DNA of 64,000 bases from Botryllus schlosseri (Eukaryota): the NCBI GenBank assembly GCA_051294905.1, contig CM119371.1, forward strand, positions 1,924,001 to 1,988,000, given 5' to 3'. A program made the translations under genes and the position numbers. How positions within the stretch are numbered: the first letter of the stretch is position 1; every line of letters starts with the position of its first letter. Shown here piece after piece: positions 53,727 to 64,000 of this stretch. Under the pieces are notes generated by a model that searched no databases, had not been told where the DNA came from, and worked only from the letters and a program-made list of their open reading frames with translations.

Positions 53727-56700
53727 GACTCAGAGTCATTGCAATGTGGCCTATTGGTATGACATTGTTATCGGGTGTGATGACATTCGATCTACATCAA
53801 AACTACCGGCTATGATAATGTCTGTGGATCGATGTTTGTATACCAACACATTGCATGCAATGTCACACACCTCCATTTACGCGTATACTGATGTGGGCAA
53901 ACAAGCGCGACGTGTGTCTGGATGGTATTTTTTTCGTGGAAACACAGGGTGTAACATGTTTACTTTGAATATTGTTCATTGGTTTATCGATTCAGAGTTG
54001 ATATCCGGATCCGGTTACATACTTTATCAGGGTTTCCGATTTCAAACTGAATGTCGAGACATACATGACCAATAAAGACACAATATAGTAAACACGCGAG
54101 GGAAATCTCGACCTGGAATTGTTATCGCGATGGGTGACATAAATCCAACCGTTTTCCGAACACCGTTATCCACATACCAACCATCGTCAAGGAGGTGTTT
54201 TATTCAGACATTTTGACTCTGGAAAATCCAAAGCACGAACCCGGACATCACAGAACTATCGAAGCCTATTGTCCAATTTTCCAAAACATGCATTTCGGTG
54301 TACAAGAGCATATTGTATGTAGTTAAACGATGATATTGATGTGATACGACTGATGGGGGTATACTCTGAAACCGGTGGTCCGTGTATATTTCCGTCACTG
54401 TTCGTTGTAATCTATTTCAAACTATCGTCAATACAACAAATACCAAATTGTCAGGTGTGTTTGTCAGATTTCAAAATGAAAATGGTTTTGTTACTCTAGG
54501 AAAAGCTAGATGGCCAAGAGAAAATGTATTGTTACACTGGGTAAACGCCAGATCTCCAAAGGAAAATGATATTTTTACTCAGGTAAACGGTGGATCGCCA
54601 AGTGAAAATGGTTTGTTACCCAGAGAAAAAATATATTTCCAAGTGAAAAAGGTTTGTTGTTCAGGGAAAAAATATATTTCCAAGTGAAAAAGGTTTGTTA
54701 CCCGGTGAAAAAATATATTTCCAAGTGAAAAAGGTTTGTAACCCAATGAAAAAATATATTTCCAAAGGAAAAGGGGTTTGTTACTCTAGGAAACGATAGA
54801 CCCTCAAGTGAAAATGTATTGCTACTCTGAGTAAACGATAAATTCCCAAAGGACAATGATATTTTTACTCTGGTATCGCCTGACCTCCAGGTGAAAATGG
54901 TAATTTTACTTGGGTAGGTATCGTATGTTTAGTGTCGTTGGTATTGTTAAACGTTGTCGCCAGTAGCCGTTGATATACTATTACGAGTGTGAAAAGGATT
55001 TGCACTCCCTGTGCAGAGTATCGCGATAGTGAACATATTTTTCGCGTGACGTAACAAGATCGCTGTTTAAATGTTAATGCATACATTTCGATTACCGAGT
55101 TGTTGTACAATAGAGATGACTCTACATTAGAACACGCTGTGTGCTTCGATTAAAACCACAAGACTACATGTAAATATATTCGCACAACTCGATGATGTTG
55201 ATATAGTGTTACTAAAATTAATTATTATGTATTTACACTACATAAAAATAACAATTCTTGTCGCAGTAAGTTTCTTGAACTCGTGCTTGATGAAAACGAA
55301 TGTCCACAAGTATGCTTTTGTGTTTGAGTGAAAAATAATTATTTAGAGTAGTGACAGTTTGTGACCACTGACCAGCGAATGCAAATCGACCATGATATTA
55401 CAATATACGCTTTCGTCAACATAACGACTTGATGCAGGAGACACACTTTAAAGTTTTTTTCAATAACTCGATCCTCAAGACTTTTTACTTGTACGATGTA
55501 CCGTGATTAAGGGAAAAATAATTATTTAGAGTAGTGACATTTTGTGACCAACGAATACAAATCGATCATGATATTACAATATACGCTCTCGTCAACATAA
55601 CAACTTGGCGTAGAAACACTTTCACTTTTTTTGAATAACTGGATTCTCGAGACTTGGTACTTGTACGATGTATCGTTGGTGTGCAAACTATAACGACCAT
55701 TTTCTGCTAGTATGTTTTAGTTGTATTGTTGTGAGGACAACCATGTGATGACCCAGCACTTTTCGTTAGCAAAGTAGATTGACTTGTGTGTAAGATGTAA
55801 GTACCGTAACTAGAAAACATATGTACTCTGTTGTTGGAGTAGCTGATTCATTGCTATGACATGGACATATCCTGAAGCCTTGGTTGGTTTGTTGTCTTAC
55901 GAAAGATGAGGCGACCTCGGTGTCGTAAATTGTGTTAACTAAACTCGGATTGATACCATAATTGTGCTGAACTTACACATGGTATTCACATACTGTACAC
56001 TTACAAACTTTTGTGTAAACAACTCTGATGTTTCTGTTAATACTAGTTCTGTGTTGAACTATTTGATTATTAAGATACATGAACATCCATTCCGACAATA
56101 AAGGTCTTGAGGTATCGAAACAGTTTGAAAGCGTCACCAATCATTGTACAGATTCGTAGCATGGGAATATCGAGTATTTCTGTGTGCCATGAATATATTT
56201 CATATACCTTTGGTAAGAAATGAGTTGCGTGGGGTAATCATACACAACCTACAAAAGTTAAACTTGTAGCGTTTGATTGCCTACTTTTTATCAATGTCTT
56301 TGTGATGTTAAAAGACGGCAGAGTTTACATTTACATTAAGCGGAGAAACTCAAGTAATATGAGTATCAATATGATTGGTATATTATTTTTCGCGATATGC
56401 AACCAATCTTCTAAGCATAACTTGTCAAAAATTTATCATGTCATAGAAACGCCGGTTGTTACGAATTCGAAAGAAATGTACTTCGATTATCACGATGATG
56501 GAAATTAAGATCAACGCAGTATTTCGGAGGTGGATGTGTATCGTTTGGTATGTTCACCAATCACTAAATTTCGGTTAGTTAAACGATACATTTACAAGTT
56601 TACCGAAATCTTGATTTACATATGACAGCTTGATGATGTAAAGCTCAACCACTCAAATGTGTTCATTGCAAAGTATTTGACACAAACAAAATATCGAATG

Positions 56701-59700
56701 GAGACCAACACATTGGTTTCATTTCCGAGTGAGTGAAAATTGTTTTCTGCTGGACCTATATGATTTACATTTAGAAAAACGATCTACACCGATTAGGTGA
56801 CTCTGTTTAATATCCAACGAGTGAGTGAAATTTCTTAGGGGTTTGATTTATCGAGTTAACTGCCAGCGATTCAATCACATCCAAGTAACGTATTTTAGTG
56901 GCCGAGTATTGTGACGAATGACAATGGGGAAATTTCCAATTTCTCTGATCGTGTGTGTTACACAATTAGTTCTAGTACGCATTCAGTGAACATCGTACAA
57001 ATTGACAACAACTGCCCTTACATGATGACAATTATTCTGGAGGTTCAAATCGATATCGCTACAATGAACAGCAATACAAACACAATTTTGTAGATTTCAG
57101 TGTAGCACATACTTCGATATTGCAGTTATGGGTTTTGTATTAACCAAGACCAGTTGAACAGAATCCATCCAGTAAAGATACCTCTATTTACTTTTTTGAT
57201 GATCAAAGTCTTAGAGTGTGACCTCGTAATGTTTTTGCATTTCACGCATTTTCGACAGAGAGTGTGAAAAGAGTTTAACACAGATTAAATGACACCGCCC
57301 CGGAGCCCAAAGTGATATTTTCGTACTGCGTAATGTGGGTATTTTTCAATTCGATGTCGCAGATTCCGACAATAAAGTATTGCACCGGTTGTTAATCAGC
57401 AAACGAAATTGTTGTTTCATCTTTAGTCTTGGTTACTGGAAACAATTACATTTGTAAAATATTTTCTGATATCCGCGATACGCAGAGTGATATGTATCAA
57501 GGTAGAATAATTTTCCAATCATGAACATTTCGGACATGCATAGTTTTACAACTCGATATGTTAATAACAACGGTACTGAAAAGTTTGTTGCTGTCATAAC
57601 CTTTACCACAACACCGGGTCTAATTAACACGAATAATTTAATAATCAAGTCATGATCAACTATTACATATGACACATCTATGTATCAATCCTTATGATTA
57701 CAGGATGGTAACTTTCGATATAACACCAGCGTTCGATTGTAAGAAATGAAGTCGCAACTATACGTTGATCAGACTTTCAAATCTCGTATACTCAAACAAT
57801 TATGTTAATCTCAAGTCACCTGCACCGGGTAGTAATTACTTTTGTCTTACAAAATATATCGAGTAATAATTACTTTGTCTTGCAGAATATACCGCGTAGT
57901 AATTCCTCTATCTTACAGAATAGTAACGACTTTTAAAGTTGAATAAAAAATGATACATCGTAGGGATATGAGTACAACCGAACTTGTTATGGATTTTAGG
58001 TTTTAGTGATTGTATGGATTCGTGTATGCTTGGCTGACTGCTTGAGTTGGTTGGGTAAGTTACAAACGGATTTCCTTGACAATGTTTTCGTGGTTGACTC
58101 TTTGAATATGGTAAGATGGTGAGATGTCGAGACGTAATACTATTTCCGTACACTCAATTACAACGAAACATAACCCGCATTCAAATAAGTCGTAAGCTAC
58201 AAGTGGATTTAAAACTTGATGCTGTTTTGTGGTTAACTCAAGTCAGTGGTCATGTTTGTGTTGATTTCAGGAATGATCATGACGAGTTGGTCGGGTAAAT
58301 TAGGTAATGTGGTAGTAACTATGACCTTACCGAGTTGCTGACATTCCAATATCTTTTACGCTGTAATATATGGATTTAATTGTGATAAATTATTTCTCAG
58401 TTATTGTTCAGACATTCAAATCTCGTATACTCAAAATATAATATGTTCAAGTCAAATCGTATATGCACCGATTAGTAAATACTTTGTCCTCAGAATAGTA
58501 ACGACTTTTACAATTGAATAAAAAAGACCGATCATACGAATACAGCCAGGATGAATTAATTCAAATTTATGAGTTGCAGTGATATAATCAAGTAAGTGAA
58601 AACTAGATTTTTAACAATTGTTAATGTTGTGAATAATTCTTTTGAGTATGGTAAGATGTTAAAATATCTCTTTGACAAACGGAAAGCGGGATCGCGAATA
58701 GAGTTGCAATGTTTCATTACTTGTTTCAAATCAATGTGCGTATAATATCGAAATGGTACTTGGAAAGATGGTAGTCATGTTTGTCAATCCTATTTCAATT
58801 CACACTACGCCAAAGTAAAAATATTCGGTTTCGGATTATCTCAATTTACCTATAGAACATCTCGCGAATGGATTCCGACACCGTACTATAACATTCTTAA
58901 AAATAAAGACTCGAGGATTTTCAATCAACAATACTGGAATTTTTTTGATAATCTTAAAGCTGGCAAATGATTAGTTGCGTGTTTTTGTTAAGAGTTTGAT
59001 TTCATGTTGATAAAGACAATAACTGTATAATGCACATACTTGTGATTCTTGATTTTCATACAACTAGTTGGTATTGATTCTATAGGCGAGAAACAGCGGC
59101 GTGGAATGTGTGAATAATTCGATGGGGTTGAAAGTCGGTGTCGGTAATATTCAGGTTACGTACGATTCAAAAGATCACAAAAAGATTTCTCAAAGGATTA
59201 GAGTTGTACCGAATTAACACATTCAGATACGAATCAACTTGGTTTGTGTAGTAAGTTTCATTTCAAGTTGACAAATTGACACACGGACCACTAAAACCTC
59301 AGATAATCGAATTCCTGGAGCCGGATGAATTTTCTGTGACTGGGAAACAGTTACAGAGTAAAACTTCGGATGTGTGTGGAGATCATGCTATTGCATTCTT
59401 GATAAAAAGAGCTCAAGGATTTTCAGCCAAGGAATACTTGAATAATTTTGGTGATGATAAAAAAGTGAATGATACGATTGTGCGTGCTTTTGTGAAGAGT
59501 TTGATTTCAGAGTAACAAATGAATGTATAAATGTGTATACTTGTGATTCTTGTTGTGGTTGTGAACAGCAGAGTATTTTGTAGGCGCGAAACAGCGGTGT
59601 GAATAAGCCGAAAGTATTATTCAGCTAGCAATCAATAGCGAGGAAAGAGAACACGATCGGACATTTGACACGACTAAACTGCGATATCATATATAATAAT

Positions 59701-60228
59701 TTACGATCAAACTATTTCGCACTGAATGGAATAGTGTAATAATCGATAGTAGCACACGGCTGCACGGAAACAATTCAGCGCGCAGGTCATTCGGAATATA
59801 GGTCGCACGCACTGCGAAAATCCTCTTACAAGCCACGTTTCCGTTTGTGCGGTTATTGTTGGTGACTATTCAACACCACGCGAGAGATTGCTGAAAGTGC
59901 GAATCACGACTGCACCCATAAGAACACATGGCGAATCACCGCCTCCACCTATAGCAAAAAAGACGAGTCACGACCACGAGTTTTCACGGCGAATCACGAC
60001 CGCGGCCTATAGCAAAAAAGGCGAGTCACCACCCCGGGTTTTCAGGCACCTCACCGCCGCAGCCTATACCCGAAAAGGCGAATCACGACCGCACCCATAA
60101 GAACACATGGCGAATCGCGGCCCAGAGGGGGGGTCTAAAATGGCGAATCGCCACCCCGGGTTTCCAGGCGAATCGCCACCCCGCCCATAAGAGCCCCTGC
60201 CACCGGTTGTGCGATCTACTATACTACT
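53727..60228. repeat. Right arm of giant inverted repeat (6502 bp, uninterrupted)
   Basis: Reverse complement of the left arm, with scattered substitutions only. Confidence 0.95.
59276..59515 (+). pseudogene. C-terminal fragment of adenain-like (Polinton/adenovirus-type) cysteine protease
   Basis: QLQSKTSDVCGDHAIAFL..RAQG.S..EYLNNF.DDKKVNDTIV..FV resembles the Q-x4/5-S-x-x-C-G...ND pattern of these proteases; the N-terminal catalytic-His region is absent. Confidence 0.7.
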
Positions 60229-61523
60229 CGCGGCCCGTCTGCGGCCTGCGACGTGATTTGAGATTTCGGAAGAAAGCTAAGAAAACCAATTTGAAATGCT
60301 GAAATTGACTACAGTTTAAAAATGTTGCTGTTTTTTTTTCAAAATAAGCTATTTCCTTGTGCCTAATATCACTATTCGTCACTAGCAAAAACGGCTGTGT
60401 TGATGGCAACAACACTCCATCGAGGGAGAATCAGCTGATATGAATGGGCAGTCTTGACTTGCAATGGCGCAAACACTGACAAGACCGAGACGCTTCGAAA
60501 ACGGCTTGGGGCAGTGGTTCCTGAAACTGGGGAGCGCGAAAGCATCAGAAGGGGAGGCGGCGGTGCGCTCAACTGAGGGGCGCGAGGGATACTCCCGTGA
60601 TTTCAACGAGCAATGACCTCAAACTTGAGTTACATGCTGGTTCCGTACACAAGTAACACAAATAACTTGAAAGGTATGGCTATGATATTATTTTTCATCC
60701 ACGGGCCTCAATTGAGTTCCGCCCCTCAATTGGGCAATTGTGGGATTTGGGATGTGGCAGTTACGTCTTGTGTTCCACTACTCGAAGTGCTATATGGTGA
60801 GACGAGCTATTTTCTCCTTAGACAGAGTGTCACAAGGTCTAAAAGATTGAGAAGTACTGATATAAAAGTCCGGTGTCGAAAATATTCGAACCAGTCATGG
60901 TCTTAAATTGGGATAATCGTCAGTGAATTCTTAGAAATTCCAGCTGGTATATTCTCGATTTAGGGCAGGGGCGCCACACTCAAATTCGGCCACATCGGTA
61001 TATGACGAGCCAGATATCGGCATCACTCCATGTTACCTAAAAACCTGCGAAATTCATTTCCAATCTAATCCAGGCTCGCGTTTGAAGCTGAACTTTGTGA
61101 GGCATATTTCTCTATCACCCTCTCCTGACCCATATCACTATTCCGCCAACATTTTGTTATATCCTGGCTGTTATTGAAAAGCTTCTGACCCCGGCGGCAG
61201 ATCAATCTCCTTCACTGGAAAACCATTACTGCTGTATATTTTTCTAAGGAAACTGCTGCACGCAACTTGTTGCTGTTGTTGTTGCAGGTACGGTACTCTC
61301 GTGTTATTGCATTATGACGTAACCCACCTCACAGACGGTTAACCATAGGTGACGAAAAGTGATGCGGCAGCAATAATTGCGTATAAATCACAAAGCTGTA
61401 TTAGCCAGAGGTGTTACGGTATCTCGGCGTCTTATAACGTAATAATGTAAGCTGCGTCGGGTGCTGCTATAATGTTAGGAGCGAATATATTCGAATGTCC
61501 ACGATACTGACCAGTCATCAACT

Positions 61524-63794
61524 TTGCTAGTCCATATCTATAAAAATGTGTCTTCCTGCCCTATACACCCTTTTGTTATCGAATATCCTCTTACAGACGA
61601 TTTTCCAGTTTTGATCAAATGTCTCACAAGAGCTCCTTTATCCAATAAGAAACCTATCTATAAGCGCCTTCCTACCACCGACTCTCTTGAGAGTCTTCAA
61701 GATGCTGCATTCAATCAGTTTGGCAGCTTTGAGATGACAGCATTAACATATGACACACTTGATACGGCTTTCAATAATTTTATGACCGAACTTATGAATT
61801 TGGTAGATCATCATATACCGTTATCATGTCTGTCTCGTAAGCAGTGTAAGCTTTACTGCAAACCATGGATCACTCCTGGTATCTTGAAGTCTATCAAAAC
61901 TAGAAATAAGCTTCATCGTGTATGGTATTTAAATGGTACTGAACCGCAACGTCGACAGTACAAGGCATATGCTAATAAGCCAAGCCACAATAAAACGAAG
62001 GCAAAAAATCATACTTCGCTCGTCACTTTCATAACTGCAGAAACAATAAAGCCCAAACTTTGAAAACTATTAGAAACCTAATCAACCCTTCCAGCTCCCA
62101 TGCCACCATCCCGCCTATTATAATTGATGACATCGGCAATTCTGTTAGCAATCCAAATAACGTAGGTAATGCATCAAATAAATACTTCACCTCTATTGGG
62201 CCAAAACTTGCATCTGATTGCCCTAATCTCCCCCCAAAGTACTACCAAAGTACACCACGTAGTAGTACTAACAGTATATTCTTGAGTCCCACCAACATCG
62301 GAGAGATTAGCATAATAGTCGCCAACATGAGAAATAATAAAGCAGAGGGTCATGGTAGGCTATCTGTGCAAATATTAAAGGCAGTTTTCCCTGCAATTTC
62401 TTCAATCTTGGCTCATCTCTACAATCAATCCATGGCTTTAGGAATCTTTCCCGAATTCTTAAAGTAGCCTGAGTAGTTCCTGTACACGAAAAAGGAAACA
62501 GAATGTCAATGAATAATTATCGACCAATATCAGTCTTATCTTGCCTAGCAATACTATTTGAAAAGCTTCTACACTCAAGGCTCTCCGAATTTCTTGAAAC
62601 CAGATTATGGCCCAATCAATTTGGCTTTCGAACTCATCACAATACTCAACATGCCATTTTAGATTTACTGCTCAAGTACCAATCAACAATTATATCTAAG
62701 GAGGTCGGTTGCTCCATATTTCTTGACTTGAAAAAAGCATTTGATACGGTAGATCATTCAATACTTCTGAATAAACTATGGTATAATGGGGTTAGAGGGA
62801 CACCGCTAGCCTTGTTCAAGTCATATCTAAATTGCCGCAAACAATTTGTTGGTGACCAATGTACGAAATCTGAGCTAAGCGAAATTACTTGCGGTGTTCC
62901 TCAAGGTTCAGCTCTTGGCCCCCTTTTCTTTATCATTTACATAAACGACTTACCAGGTGCATCTAAATTCTCGACTACCTTATTTGCTGATGACACTTGC
63001 CTGTATAAATCCGATAACAATTTGAGTATTCTACAAGACTCAGTCAATATTGAGATGAAAAAAATCTGTCATTGGATGAGCCTCAGCAAATTGAATATCA
63101 ATGCAACAAAAACTCAAGTCCTTCTTATCAATATCAGACCTAAGATCTTGATACCTTCTCCAGTTTTGACCATCGACAAAGATAAACTATCTGCAGTCCC
63201 TAATGTCAAATATTTGGGATTGTGTATTGATAAAGATTTGAGTTGGAAGCCACAACTAGCAGCTCTTGCCAGCAAATTAGCGCAGGCAGTAGGTATTATA
63301 GCTCGCTTGCGACATATTCTCCCTAGATCTGTACCATATATTTTTCACTCTTCCACTCTCAATTCGACTATGGAATCATCTTTTGAGGGTTAGCTTACGA
63401 TACCTACTTGAATCACATCGCAGTTCTCCGAAATAGGGCAATCCGTTTGATAAGTGGCATGGGACGATACGATCGTCTTTCTCCAAGATATAAATCTCTG
63501 GGGATATTGAACTGCACTTATGAAATTGCCAAGACCATGTACCGATATCACCATGGTGAATTCCCTTCTGCTCTTAGCCGCATCTTTACGCCATCTGCTG
63601 GTGTCCACTCTCACGGAACCAGATCCGACACTGCTGGAAATATCTTTATACAGAATTTAGCCGCTAGTGTGTGCCAGAGATCCTTAACTTTTGTTGGTCC
63701 AAGGATTTGGAACTCTTTATCAATAGAGCACAGAGGTTTGTCATTTGCATCATTCTGTCGGAATTTTAAGTCTCAGCTCATTTCCACATATTGA
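61524..63794 (+). mobile_element. 5'-truncated, disrupted LINE ORF2 (CR1/L2-like endonuclease-RT)
   Basis: KPWIT, NYRPISVL, QFGFR, FLDLKKAFDTVDH, GVPQGSALGP, FADDT and KYLG motifs; frameshift near 62060, in-frame TAG at 62465, frameshift near 63330-63400. Confidence 0.93.
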
Positions 63795-64000
63795 CACCTG
63801 AGAGTATAATCTGATATTTATTTTGAACTAGTGTTATAGTTTTTTTTTTTTCTACTACCACTGTTTGCGTTTGCGTTTTGTTGTTTAATCTTTTGTTGAA
63901 GTGTTACTGACCGACAGTTGCATGATATAAATGTTCTAACGTTACGCCTTGACTACAGCTGACTTGAAGATTACACATCTTGATGTGGTCATATCGCTGT

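Larger units (their letters stand above)
39401..60228. mobile_element. Non-autonomous Polinton/Maverick-type element, giant fold-back form
   Basis: Ends AGTAGTATAGTAGATCGCAC / GTGCGATCTACTATACTACT; 6-bp TSD CGCGGC at 39395-39400 and 60229-60234; adenain-like protease fragments inside. AG...CT termini and a 6-bp TSD are known Polinton hallmarks. Confidence 0.85.

Noticed and set aside
39401..60228. Giant inverted repeat as a sequencing or assembly fold-back artefact
   Set aside because: Distinct flanks with a 6-bp TSD, arm-specific TSD-flanked insertions, SNPs and a minisatellite difference argue that it is real. Read-level confirmation is still needed.
39401..60228. Autonomous Polinton or intact endogenous virus
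   Set aside because: No ORF over ~110 aa, and no pPolB, integrase, packaging ATPase or capsid motifs were seen.
60224..61300. Short ORFs right of the element as the NLR first exon
   Set aside because: No recognisable domain or convincing phase-1 donor; cannot be supported from sequence alone.
1..64000. tRNA, rRNA or other structured RNA genes
   Set aside because: None recognised by eye; a covariance-model search was not possible.

Overview
AT-rich, repeat-dense eukaryotic (metazoan, probably invertebrate) genomic DNA. No prokaryotic features were seen. (1) A minus-strand NLR-like gene (NACHT plus divergent LRRs) can be assembled from at least 14 in-frame GT-AG exons between 37593 and 4162. 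Its LRR region contains a three-exon, all phase-0 module tandemly triplicated across ~11.5-29.2 kb. The 5' exon(s) were not found. (2) A 20.8-kb Polinton/Maverick-type insertion (39401-60228) has AGTAGT...ACTACT ends, a 6-bp TSD CGCGGC and adenain-like protease remnants. It is almost entirely one giant inverted repeat: two ~6.5-kb arms around a 921-bp spacer, with no polymerase, integrase or capsid ORF visible. Three TSD-flanked transposons, some nested, interrupt only the left arm. (3) A disrupted, 5'-truncated CR1/L2-like LINE lies at 61.5-63.8 kb. Many non-autonomous hAT-, Tc1/mariner- and Kolobok-like elements fill the introns. All family assignments come from reading motifs, termini and TSDs by eye; no database searches were run.
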